Assembly (NCBI GenBank): GCA_035603655.1
Contig: DATNKA010001157.1
Span: 1 to 45,675, forward strand
Length of the DNA: 45,675 bases
From: Candidatus Acidiferrales bacterium
GTDB taxonomy: Bacteria > Acidobacteriota > Terriglobia > Terriglobales > Acidobacteriaceae
Reading direction: 5' to 3'
Shown here: one piece after another, positions 19,856-28,947 of the stretch
How positions within the stretch are numbered: position 1 is the first letter of the stretch
How the letters are laid out: each line of letters opens with the position of its first letter
The notes under the pieces: model-generated
Seen by the model: the letters and a program-made list of their open reading frames with translations, nothing else
Told to the model about the DNA's origin: nothing
The model's database searches: none
Program-made: the position numbers and the translations under genes

Positions 19856-19944
19856 CAATTCCAAAGTCCTCACCGATTTTCGATAAACCCGAAGCCCCTT
19901 CGACTTCGCTCAGAGGGTTGTTCCGTCGATAGTCAAGGCCGGCC

Positions 19945-21012
19945 CTACTGCGCCGCTTTTACTTCGTTCCAGATTTCGTTGTACTTCGCGCGCCGCGGCA
20001 CATTCTGCCAGAAATAAAGTCGCTTCTGATAATTATCAACATCGTCTAAATGCAGGCTCTTCACTTCTTCGGGCGTCATGAACTGTGCTGCTTGAGGATT
20101 AGCCGGCGTATATCCGGTAACCTCTGTTATCTTTTTCTGCGTCTGCGCCTCAATCATGTACTCGAGAAATTCGTGGGCCAGATCCTTGTTCTCGCTGCCC
20201 GCTGTGATCATCATGTGATCAATCCACCCTGTCGTATTCTCTCTCGGAATCGTTTCTCCCACGGGAAAGTTGATCTTGCGCAGTTGATTGGTCATCAGCG
20301 GCCATCCCATTGCGGCGACGACCTCGTGATTCTGAAAGAGATTCGTCAACTCCCCGCCCGTCGACCACATCTTGCGGATATTCGGCTTCAGCTCAAGCAA
20401 TTTCTTCTTGACGGCCTCCAGCTGTTGATCACTCAAGTTGTAAAGCTGTGACGGATCGGGCTTGTCATATCCGAGCACCTGCGCCGCCATATAGATCGTC
20501 GAAAGATCGTCCCACACCGAAATCTTGCCACGGTATTTCGGATCCCAAAGCACACTCCAGCTCTCAGGAGGCTGCGCAAAAACCGAAGTGTCGTAGAGCA
20601 GAGGATCTGGCCCCCACATGAACGGTACCCCGTACACCTGGCCTTTAAGACGGACCAGCGGCAGGGAAGTGAGTTGCGGGGAGAGTTGTCCGTAGCTCGG
20701 GATCTTCGTCAAATCCAGCGGCGCCGCCAAGTTCGCCGACGCAATCGACGCCGCCACATCGCTCGAAGGCGAAATCACATCATAGTTCCCGGCGCTGCCC
20801 CCGCGCAGTTTAGCCACCAGTTCATCACTCGATCCCATATAGGACGCCGAAACTTTGCAGTGACGCTGCTCCTCAAAAGCCTTCACGAATGACGGATCGG
20901 CATAGCCTTCCCACACCAGCAGATTCAGAGTCGGAATCCTCTTCATGCACGAACCGCCGAACATCGTCATCGCCAGCAGTGGCGCGAGTACTACTATCCG
21001 TCGGAAATTCAT
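19945..21012 (-). CDS. PotD/PotF-family periplasmic polyamine-binding lipoprotein
   Basis: MNFRRIVVLAPLLAMTMFGGSC lipobox-like signal. LNLLVWEGYADPSFVKAFEEQRHCKVSASYMGSSDELVAKLRGGSAGNYDVISPSSD matches the PotD/PotF N-terminal block. GGAGAG SD before the ATG at 21012. Confidence 0.8.
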   Translation of the reverse strand: MNFRRIVVLAPLLAMTMFGGSCMKRIPTLNLLVWEGYADPSFVKAFEEQRHCKVSASYMGSSDELVAKLRGGSAGNYDVISPSSDVAASIASANLAAPLDLTKIPSYGQLSPQLTSLPLVRLKGQVYGVPFMWGPDPLLYDTSVFAQPPESWSVLWDPKYRGKISVWDDLSTIYMAAQVLGYDKPDPSQLYNLSDQQLEAVKKKLLELKPNIRKMWSTGGELTNLFQNHEVVAAMGWPLMTNQLRKINFPVGETIPRENTTGWIDHMMITAGSENKDLAHEFLEYMIEAQTQKKITEVTGYTPANPQAAQFMTPEEVKSLHLDDVDNYQKRLYFWQNVPRRAKYNEIWNEVKAAQ

Positions 21013-21063
21013 CTTCTCTCCCCGTCCGCAACGATCGTGCCGGACGTGCTCGTGCACACGGCC

Positions 21064-21864
21064 TCAAAACGTAGGGGGCGTGTTAATCCACAGCAACAAC
21101 GTTTCCGCCCGCCCCGGATTTCTCCAGTGATGCGGCGTCGCACTTTCAAAGTAAAAACTGTCGCCCGTCTTCAGCCGGTACTCTTCATTCTCCAGCGTGA
21201 TCGTCAATTCCCCACGCAGCACATAGAGAAACTCTTCGCCCTCATGCGTGTAAGAATCGCCACTGCCCGCCTCCGGCGCCACTCGAAACAGATGTGGCTC
21301 CATCACCGTGTTTCCCCAGGCCAGCAACTCCATGCGCACGCCCGGACCAGCTTCCAGAACCTTTCTTTGCGCGGGACGCACTTGCCGTGTGCTGGCGCCC
21401 GTGGCATCGAAAAAATCCAGAATGTTGGTCTTATAAAATCGCGCTAACTTGCGCAGCGTTCCCACCGACCCACCCATCTGCGACCGTTCCAGCGCGCTTA
21501 AGAATCCCACCGAGATGCCCACTGCCTGCGCCACCTGCGCCAGCGATAGCTTTTGCTTGGCCCGCAACTGCCGCAAGTGCGAGCCAATCGCTCCCGCGCT
21601 TCCGTTTGCGGCCGGACGCGCCCGGCCTTCCCGCCGCAGTAACTCGACAATCGCCGCTGCATTCAACCCCCGCACCTTCCGCAAAAACCGCGCCCGCTTC
21701 AGCAGCTTGACATCATCAGCCGTGTAAAGCCGGTACTTGCTTTCCGTGCGCCGCGGACGCGTGAGCCCCAGATTTTCCCAGGACCGGATGACCGACGGCG
21801 ACACCCCCACGCGTCGCGCCACATCTCCGATCTTCAAGTAAGGTTCAGCGCTGGATGGTTTCAT
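21064..21864 (-). CDS. Three-domain transcriptional regulator: MerR-type HTH + XRE-type HTH + cupin (PuuR-like C-terminal two-thirds)
   Basis: YLKIGDVARRVGVSPSVIRSWENLGLTRPRRTESKYRLYTADDVKLLKRARFLR (MerR HTH). IGSHLRQLRAKQKLSLAQVAQAVGISVGFLSALERSQ (HTH_3). HEGEEFLYVLRGELTITLENEEYRLKTGDSFYFESATPHHWRN (cupin_2). Alternative TTG start at 21885. Confidence 0.8.
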   Translation of the reverse strand: MKPSSAEPYLKIGDVARRVGVSPSVIRSWENLGLTRPRRTESKYRLYTADDVKLLKRARFLRKVRGLNAAAIVELLRREGRARPAANGSAGAIGSHLRQLRAKQKLSLAQVAQAVGISVGFLSALERSQMGGSVGTLRKLARFYKTNILDFFDATGASTRQVRPAQRKVLEAGPGVRMELLAWGNTVMEPHLFRVAPEAGSGDSYTHEGEEFLYVLRGELTITLENEEYRLKTGDSFYFESATPHHWRNPGRAETLLLWINTPPTF

Positions 21865-21941
21865 TGTCCACCGGATGGCATTCAAGTTTTCTATTGGAGG
21901 TAGTGCGTTTTTCTCCTTGACAGTATGCGTACCTCTTCTCT

Positions 21942-21966
21942 AACCTTGCGGGATTATAGCAAGGTT
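21942..21966. promoter_or_regulatory. Inverted repeat AACCTTGC-N9-GCAAGGTT in the divergent regulator/TBDR intergenic region, candidate operator
   Basis: Perfect 8-bp arms at 21942-21949 and 21959-21966. A TTGACA hexamer lies at 21917-21922, just upstream. Confidence 0.35.
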
Positions 21967-22030
21967 GCGGCTGCACACAAGCTGAAGCTTTCAAGAAAAA
22001 AACTTCTCCTTAAAGATGTCTGGAGGTTCC

Positions 22031-25000
22031 ATGCCGTCTCACCGCGCCCGCTGGACCGCCGTTTGTCTTGCCGTTACGATCCTTCTGCTGCTCCCCACAA
22101 CGCTTCCCGCGCAAGGCACCGGCGGACGAATCCTTGGCCGGGTGGCGGATCCCAGCGGCGCTGTTCTGGCGCATGTGAAAGTGGTCGCCACGAATGAAGC
22201 GACCGGGGTGAGCCGCGACAGCCAAAGCAGTGACAGTGGCGATTACACTTTTCCCGAAGTGCCAGTCGGGGTTTACACCTTGAGCTTCGAGCTGACGGGG
22301 TTCAAGAAAGATCTGCGGCATGGGGTGACCCTCGAACTCAATCAGATCGTCACCTTGAACATGGTGATGCAGATCGGGCAGGCGCAGGAGGTCGTCGATG
22401 TAACTTCGGAAGCTCCGCTCGTCGATACCACCAGCACTCAGCTCGGTGCGGTAGTCGACGACCGTACCGTCAGCCAACTTCCCCTCAACTCGCGCGACAC
22501 TTATCAGTTCTTGCAGTTGCAGCCAGGGGTTATGTCGACCGTGGGCTCCAGCAACAGCATTGTGTACGGCAGTGACAGTCCGGGAGCGGTTTCAGTGAAC
22601 GGCGGCCGCGGCCGCTCCAACAATTTCAGCGTCAATGGCGGCGATGCGAATGATCTCTTCGTCAACTTGCCCACCGTGCAGCCCACGCCCGATAGCATTC
22701 AGGAATTCCGCGTCATCACCAATACGTTCGACGCGGAGTATGGACGCAACTCCGGTTCCGTGATCAACGTCGTGACCAAGTCGGGCACCAATCAGTTTCA
22801 CGGCAATGTCTATGAGTTTTTCCGGAACAAAGTCTTGAACGCTGACGGCTACTTCGATACCACGAAGCCGCAGTTCAACCAGAATCAGTTCGGCGGTACC
22901 TTCGGCGGACCCATCAAGAAGGATCGCACTTTCTTTTTTGCATCCTATGAAGGCCGCCGCATCCGCCAGGGCATTCCGTCGCCGGCTGTCACGGTGCCCA
23001 GTGCTCAAGAACGGCCATCAGCTGCGCAATCTTTCGCTGATTTTTCCGACTTGGGCAATACTTTTGGCGGTACCCTTGCCAACTCGGCCCTGCTTTCTAA
23101 CCGGCCCGGCTGCCAGGCGGCCGTGACGGCAGCCGGGGGCGCAACCCTTGCAGACGGTGTTGCGTATGCAAGCATTTTCCCCAACAACCAAATTCCCTTG
23201 GCCTGCATGGACGCCACAGCTGTGGATCTGCTGCAGTTCGTCCCCACTCCGCGCACCGGGAACATCATCGAGAGCGTCCCCACAGAAGCCATTCGGGGCG
23301 ACCAGCTCACCGTCAAGGTCGACCATAAGCTCACCGACAAGCAGAACCTCAGCATCTATTACTACTTTAATGACGATCGCACCCTGCAGCCCTTTTCGTT
23401 TTTCGAACTGGCCGGCGCGAACGTTCCCGGCTTCGGCAGCATTGTTGCCGAACGTTTCCAGCAATGGAACATCACCCACGATTGGACCATCAGCAACAGC
23501 ACGGTGAACGAGTTTCACTTCACCTACAACCGTGAAGGTCAGTTGACGTTCCAGCACCCGCAGAACACGGAACTTGTGCAGAATTCGTGTCCTCCGGCGC
23601 CATCGTGGCTGACCAGCGTCACCGGGGCGGTGCCGTGTTTCTCCGATGGCACGCCGGGAAATCCGACTGGCATTCATCCCGGCCTTGGTCCGGCTCGTGA
23701 AGGTCTGCCCTTTATTTCCGTTGCCGGCGGTTTTAGTCTTGGCAATAACGCTGAAGGCGAACTTCCGCAGGTTGGGAACTCGTTTCAATTTGCCGACAAT
23801 CTGACCAAAGTTGCCGGCACCCATACCCTCAAGTTTGGCGTCGATGCTCGCCGCCAGCGCTTCGATCAGACCCTTTACTTTAACGTCTCAGGAGAGCAGC
23901 TATTTTTTGGTGGTGGGCAGAACGACACGATCGCCAGCAACCCCGACGGCTCTTCGAATCTATATCCCAACTACTTGCTGGGCCTTCCTGATCAATATGG
24001 GGAAGGATCGGCCCAGGCTGAGCATGTGCGCAATACCGGGTTCTATCTGTTTGCCCAGGACAGCTGGAAGGTCAAACCCAATCTCACCCTGAACTATGGT
24101 CTGCGCTGGGAGCTCAATACTCCGCTCGCGGATCTCAGCAAACACGTGCAGACTTTCCGTCCCGGGCAGAGCAGCACGGTCTATCCCTGCGAAAATACGG
24201 CCAACACCGATTGTGCTTCGCAAACGCCGATCGGACTGGTCGTTCCCGGCGACGCCGGTATCCAACCCGGTTTAACTCAGACTTACTACAAGGCCTTCGC
24301 TCCGCGCATCGGGATTGCCTGGAGTCCCGGCAACTCCGGCAAAACCAGCTTTCGCGCGGGCTTCGGCATGTTCTATAACCCCATCGAGCAACTGGTACTC
24401 GAACAGTTCGGTGCCGAGCCTCCTTTCGGCGGGAGCATTATCCTCTCGGAGACGCAATTCAACACTCCATTTGTCAGCCAGGACGGCGCTACCACCTACC
24501 CGAACCCATTCAACGGCTTCATCACTCCCAAGCCAGGGGCCGCACAGGATTGGGCGCTCTTCGAACCCATTTTGCTCTTCGGCGATTTCCAGCCGCACAT
24601 GCGGGCGCAGTATTCCGACCAGTACAACTTCACGATCCAACGGGAGCTCTCGCGAGATATGAAGCTTGAGGTCGCCTATGTTGGCTCACAAGGTCATCGC
24701 TTGCTGGCCACGCATGACGTGAACTACTCCAATCCGCAGACCTGCCTAGATATAAACACACTCGATGGCGCCGGTACTTGCGCTCAGTTTACCGAAGACG
24801 CCACCTACAACGTGACTGTCCCGACGGGATTCAATTTCCACATGCCCAACGGTTCGATCCTGCCGGGCTCTGGCCAAGCTCTCACGTTTGTCGGCCTGAG
24901 GCCCTATTCATCGCCCCAGTGCAATCCTATTACGGGCAACGGCTGCCCGCTTGCTTCCGGCGTTCCGGTTTTTACCAGCATCTTCGCTCAGGACACCATC

Positions 25001-25759
25001 GCCAACTCCGGCTACAACTCAATGCAGGTTTCCGTGGACAAACGTTTCGCTCACGGATTGCAGTTCACCGCCGCTTATACCTATAGCAAGTCGATCGACG
25101 AGGCTTCCAGCTTCGAAGGAATTCTGAATCCGCTCCCCGGTGCGAACAACCGCTCGCTTTCGCTTTTTGACGCTCGCCATCGCATCGTATTCAGTTACTA
25201 CTGGGAGTTGCCGGTGCGCAAATTCAGCGGAGTGTCGGCCAAAGTGTTCAATGGGTGGGCTCTTTCTGGCATAACGAGTTATCAGACGGGATTTCCCATC
25301 CGCATCACGTCCAGCGCGGATAACGAACTCATGAACAGCTTCGACTTCGAATTGCCCGGCGAACCGGACCAGCTGGGTAAGTTCACTACCCAACATCCCC
25401 AGAGCAACGGCAATTATTATTTCAATCCGCAATTGTTCACCGAAAACACCACGGATCCAACCTGCGGGGGCAGTCTCTATGCTGGCTGCTATGATCCGAG
25501 CCTGCTCGGGCGCGTGGGCAACGCTCCCCGCACTATCTGTTGCGGACCGGGCATTAGCGATACCGATATCGCCATCCTGAAGAACGTCCCGCTCAGGGAG
25601 AAAATGCACTTCGAGTTCCGGGCCGAGGTGTTCAATCTTTTCAATCACACGCAGTTCTTTAACCCGGATGGCAACAGCACTGACGGCTCTCAATTCGGCC
25701 AGGTAACCCAGGCGAAGGATCCGCGTCTGATGCAGTTCGCTTTGAAGTTCTACTTCTAA
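22031..25759 (+). CDS. TonB-dependent receptor with N-terminal carboxypeptidase-regulatory-like domain
   Basis: Signal peptide, GRILGRVADPSGAVLAHVKVVATNEATGVSRDS...GDYTFPEVPVGVYTLSFELTGFKK, plug-like LPLNSRDTYQFLQLQPGV...VNGGRGRSNNFSVNGGDAND, a long beta-rich barrel and a C-terminal ...FALKFYF. GGAGG SD before the ATG at 22031. Confidence 0.9.
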   Translation: MPSHRARWTAVCLAVTILLLLPTTLPAQGTGGRILGRVADPSGAVLAHVKVVATNEATGVSRDSQSSDSGDYTFPEVPVGVYTLSFELTGFKKDLRHGVTLELNQIVTLNMVMQIGQAQEVVDVTSEAPLVDTTSTQLGAVVDDRTVSQLPLNSRDTYQFLQLQPGVMSTVGSSNSIVYGSDSPGAVSVNGGRGRSNNFSVNGGDANDLFVNLPTVQPTPDSIQEFRVITNTFDAEYGRNSGSVINVVTKSGTNQFHGNVYEFFRNKVLNADGYFDTTKPQFNQNQFGGTFGGPIKKDRTFFFASYEGRRIRQGIPSPAVTVPSAQERPSAAQSFADFSDLGNTFGGTLANSALLSNRPGCQAAVTAAGGATLADGVAYASIFPNNQIPLACMDATAVDLLQFVPTPRTGNIIESVPTEAIRGDQLTVKVDHKLTDKQNLSIYYYFNDDRTLQPFSFFELAGANVPGFGSIVAERFQQWNITHDWTISNSTVNEFHFTYNREGQLTFQHPQNTELVQNSCPPAPSWLTSVTGAVPCFSDGTPGNPTGIHPGLGPAREGLPFISVAGGFSLGNNAEGELPQVGNSFQFADNLTKVAGTHTLKFGVDARRQRFDQTLYFNVSGEQLFFGGGQNDTIASNPDGSSNLYPNYLLGLPDQYGEGSAQAEHVRNTGFYLFAQDSWKVKPNLTLNYGLRWELNTPLADLSKHVQTFRPGQSSTVYPCENTANTDCASQTPIGLVVPGDAGIQPGLTQTYYKAFAPRIGIAWSPGNSGKTSFRAGFGMFYNPIEQLVLEQFGAEPPFGGSIILSETQFNTPFVSQDGATTYPNPFNGFITPKPGAAQDWALFEPILLFGDFQPHMRAQYSDQYNFTIQRELSRDMKLEVAYVGSQGHRLLATHDVNYSNPQTCLDINTLDGAGTCAQFTEDATYNVTVPTGFNFHMPNGSILPGSGQALTFVGLRPYSSPQCNPITGNGCPLASGVPVFTSIFAQDTIANSGYNSMQVSVDKRFAHGLQFTAAYTYSKSIDEASSFEGILNPLPGANNRSLSLFDARHRIVFSYYWELPVRKFSGVSAKVFNGWALSGITSYQTGFPIRITSSADNELMNSFDFELPGEPDQLGKFTTQHPQSNGNYYFNPQLFTENTTDPTCGGSLYAGCYDPSLLGRVGNAPRTICCGPGISDTDIAILKNVPLREKMHFEFRAEVFNLFNHTQFFNPDGNSTDGSQFGQVTQAKDPRLMQFALKFYF

Positions 25760-25793
25760 TTGGTAGGAGTAGAGTTAAAGGAGATCCAACCAC

Positions 25794-25813
25794 CCGGACG
25801 GTCCGCCGTCCGG
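25794..25813 (+). terminator. Stem-loop downstream of the TBDR gene
   Basis: ccggacgg-tccg-ccgtccgg, an 8-bp GC stem with a tetraloop. Only a weak T-containing tail (cattct), so termination efficiency is unclear. Confidence 0.35.
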
Positions 25814-25874
25814 CATTCTAATGGCCGCCGGTTCACCAGAGTGACGACGGCTTGAGTCACCCCGGAGCAATCTG

Positions 25875-27254
25875 ATGTATCCCGACCTACAGAAGGAGCT
25901 CGACACATTCGAGCGCCGCACCCCTAAATCAGCCGAAGCGCACAAGAAAAATCTCAAACGAATTCCGCTCGGCGTGGCCAGCAACTATCGCCATTACGAT
26001 CCCTGGCCGATCTTCGTGAAAGAAGCCAGTGGCAGCAAGTTTCGCGACCTCGATGGTAACGAATACATCGATCACAACCTGACCTTCGGCGCCCTCATGG
26101 CGGGGCACTGCCATCCTGCGGTGATGAAAGCCGTCGAAAAACGTCTTTCCACCGGCACTATGTTCGGGATGCCGCATGACCTGGAATGGGAACTGGCGGA
26201 AGAAATCTGCAATCGCTTTCCCGTGGAGATGTGCCGCTTCGGCAACAGTGGCACCGAAGCCACCATGCACGCCATCCGCCTGGCGCGTGCCGCCACGGGC
26301 CGTGACAAGATTATTAAATTTGAGGGCGCCTACCATGGCCTGCATGATTCCGCTCTGGTCAGCGTCAAGCCGCACGCTCCCGAATTCGGCGACATCGATA
26401 ATCCCACGGCTGTCCCAGGTGGACTCGGCGTACCCGAGTCGGCTATCGCCAATGTAAAGATCGCCACGTTCAACAATCTCGCTACCGTCGAGCGCCGCTT
26501 CAAAGAAAATCCCGGCGAGATTGCCGCTATCATTCTCGAGCCGATCCTGATGAATGTTGGCCTCTGCATGCCTGAGGCCGGATTCTTGAAAGGCCTCCGC
26601 GACATCGCCACGAAAAATGGCGCGCTCCTGATCTTCGACGAAGTGAAAACCGGTGCCAAGCTGGGTTGGGGCGGCGCGTCGGAATACTTCAACGTTCATC
26701 CGGACATGATCTGCCTGGCCAAATCCATCGGCGGCGGACTGCCTCTCGCGGCGTTCGGCGCCAGCACGTCGGTGATGGACCTGATCTCGCAACATAAAGT
26801 TTTCCACGGCGGCACCTACAACACCAATCCGGTTTCCATGGCTGCAGGACTCGCCACATTTCGCGAAGTTCTCACTCGCGATAACTATGCGCACGTCGAC
26901 AAACTCGGCAAAAAACTTGCCGACGGATACCGCAGGACCATCGCGAAGGTCGGCCTTCTGGCCTACATCGCGCAAGCCGGTGCCAACGGCGCGCTGATGT
27001 TTTATCCCAAGGAAATTCGCAACTACCGCGATTGGACGACGATCGATATCGACCTCTGGCGGCACTACTGGTTCGCCATGGTCAACCGCGGCGTGATGGC
27101 ACAGCCCTATTGGTGGGACGAGCAATGGACGATTTCGGTCCAGCACACCGAGGCCGACATCGATAAGCATCTATCTGCCTTCGATGACATTGCCGGGTCG
27201 CTGGCGAAAGCGCAGCAGGAACGGGTTGGCCAGCCCGTATTAGCCGCGCACTAG
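25875..27254 (+). CDS. Class-III PLP aminotransferase, glutamate-1-semialdehyde aminomutase-like subgroup
   Basis: DLDGNEYIDHNLTFGALMAGHCHPAV, NSGTEATMHAIRLARAATGRDKIIKFEGAYHG, IFDEVKTG, and the putative PLP lysine in LAKSIGGGLPLAAFG. Confidence 0.85.
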   Translation: MYPDLQKELDTFERRTPKSAEAHKKNLKRIPLGVASNYRHYDPWPIFVKEASGSKFRDLDGNEYIDHNLTFGALMAGHCHPAVMKAVEKRLSTGTMFGMPHDLEWELAEEICNRFPVEMCRFGNSGTEATMHAIRLARAATGRDKIIKFEGAYHGLHDSALVSVKPHAPEFGDIDNPTAVPGGLGVPESAIANVKIATFNNLATVERRFKENPGEIAAIILEPILMNVGLCMPEAGFLKGLRDIATKNGALLIFDEVKTGAKLGWGGASEYFNVHPDMICLAKSIGGGLPLAAFGASTSVMDLISQHKVFHGGTYNTNPVSMAAGLATFREVLTRDNYAHVDKLGKKLADGYRRTIAKVGLLAYIAQAGANGALMFYPKEIRNYRDWTTIDIDLWRHYWFAMVNRGVMAQPYWWDEQWTISVQHTEADIDKHLSAFDDIAGSLAKAQQERVGQPVLAAH

Positions 27255-27396
27255 ATTTGCTTGTGCCGGGCGGACACTCTTGTTCGCCCGGCATGCACCA
27301 CCACGAAAGATGTAGAGACAGCCGCCTCAGCTTGCCCTGAGCGCAGTCGAAGCGACTGTCCGCCGCCAACGCGAAAGCGAGGCGTCTCGAGCAACT

Positions 27397-28896
27397 TTGT
27401 CCACTACCACCCAACCCGCCACTCAGCCCCACTTGATCCGCGCCCTCGGACGCCGCGATCTTGTTCTCCTGTTCGTAGTTGCCGTCTTCAATCTCAACGT
27501 AGTCCCTTCGATCGCCGCCAATGGCGGCGTCACCATTTGGCTCTGGATCATCTCTCTTCTTCTCTTCTTCTGGCCGCAAGGTATCGCCGTCATCGAACTG
27601 GCTCACCGCTATCCCGGAGAAGGCGGCGTCTATCTCTGGGCCAAAGAAGTCTTCGGCGACTTCCACGGATTCCTCTCCGGCTGGTGCTACTGGACCAATA
27701 ACATGCTCTACGTGCCGACCGTAATGCTTTATTTCGTCGGCGTGTCGGTTTACGTGCTCGGGCCGTCGCATCTGGCGCTGGCGGAAAACAAGTTTTTCGC
27801 GTCCACCACTTCGCTGGTTCTGCTGGCTCTCCTCACTGCGCTAAACATTGTTGGTCTCGGCGTGGGTAAGTGGATTAACAATCTTGGGGCCATCGGAACC
27901 TTCATCGCCGCAGCGGTCCTGATCGGTCTTGGCGTGGTGATGTGGTCGCGGTTTGGCACCACCATCACTGCGGCAGATTTCAAAATCCCTCCTGACCCGC
28001 GCTTTGTCCTGAATTCCTTCGGTGTCATCTGCTTCGGTCTGGTTGGCCTCGAACTCGCCTCCGTCATGGGAGATGAGATCCAAGATCCTCGCCGCACCCT
28101 GCCAGGTGCGGTGGCTTGGGGGGGCGTCCTCTCCGGCATTCTTTATGTGGGAGCGACGCTCACTCTGCTCATCGCTGTTGGAAAGAATGTCAATGTGCTG
28201 CAGGGCATCGTCCAAGCCGTGAGTCATATGTCTGGCATACTCGGTCTCGGGTGGATCACCATTCCATTCGCGCTGATGCTCAGCCTATCCATTGCCGGCA
28301 TCGGTTCCGCATGGATGGGCGGCTCAGCCCGAATTCCCTTCGTCGCTGGCCTCGATTCTTATATGCCTTCCTGGCTCGGCAGGATTCACCCGCGTTACGC
28401 CACGCCCTATGCCGCATTGATCGTCCAGGGAGTTGTTTCTGCGCTTTTAGTACTGGGAAATTTTTACGGGTGGTGGTTCTGGGACAAGCTGATGGGCGTT
28501 TTTGGATTACTGCCCGTGCTGTATCTGAGTCCGGCGGGTGCGGGAGAAGTATTCCAGAAGCTGCTGTCTCTCGCCGTCGTATTACAGCTTGTCCCATTCC
28601 TTTATATGTTCGGTGCGCTCATTCGGTTTGCCGTGAAAGAATCCGCGCCACGCGGCCAGTACAGCCGCAGCACACTGTTCTTGGCCGGCACCAGCGGCCT
28701 GCTCACGACCATGCTGGGAATCACGCTGGTATTTTTTCCCGCCCAGCAGATCACATCGCTGTGGTCCTATGAACTGTGGATGTTCGGCGGCACTCTGTTT
28801 TTCGTTGGCCTCGCCGCATTTTTCTTTTTCGTCTACGGCCGCCACAAAGCGCCGCAAGAACTTGAAACGGTCGCGACTTTGGTAGCACCGCGGTAA
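27397..28896 (+). CDS. APC superfamily amino acid/polyamine permease
   Basis: About 12 hydrophobic segments. LGRRDLVLLFVVAVFNLN, ELAHRYPGEGGVYLWAKEVFG and GLELASVMGDEIQDPRRTLP are typical APC blocks. Non-ATG start (TTG 27397) is uncertain. Confidence 0.8.
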   Translation: MSTTTQPATQPHLIRALGRRDLVLLFVVAVFNLNVVPSIAANGGVTIWLWIISLLLFFWPQGIAVIELAHRYPGEGGVYLWAKEVFGDFHGFLSGWCYWTNNMLYVPTVMLYFVGVSVYVLGPSHLALAENKFFASTTSLVLLALLTALNIVGLGVGKWINNLGAIGTFIAAAVLIGLGVVMWSRFGTTITAADFKIPPDPRFVLNSFGVICFGLVGLELASVMGDEIQDPRRTLPGAVAWGGVLSGILYVGATLTLLIAVGKNVNVLQGIVQAVSHMSGILGLGWITIPFALMLSLSIAGIGSAWMGGSARIPFVAGLDSYMPSWLGRIHPRYATPYAALIVQGVVSALLVLGNFYGWWFWDKLMGVFGLLPVLYLSPAGAGEVFQKLLSLAVVLQLVPFLYMFGALIRFAVKESAPRGQYSRSTLFLAGTSGLLTTMLGITLVFFPAQQITSLWSYELWMFGGTLFFVGLAAFFFFVYGRHKAPQELETVATLVAPR

Positions 28897-28947
28897 GAAG
28901 AGACTATCGGGGCTTCAGGCCCTGACGCAACCAGGAGGTCGAAACAA

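Noticed and set aside
23018-23824. 268-aa minus-strand ORF (also 25019..25693, 224 aa)
   Set aside because: Both lie antisense within the TonB-dependent receptor gene and have no motifs.
25929-27170. 413-aa minus-strand ORF
   Set aside because: It is almost fully antisense to the class-III aminotransferase, whose PLP-enzyme motifs are unambiguous. Long antisense frames are expected at this GC content.
27265-27292. GC hairpin gccgggcg-N12-cgcccggc after the first aminotransferase, considered as an intrinsic terminator
   Set aside because: No T-tract follows (atgcacc) and the loop is long. It could be a structural or stability element, but I cannot support a terminator call.
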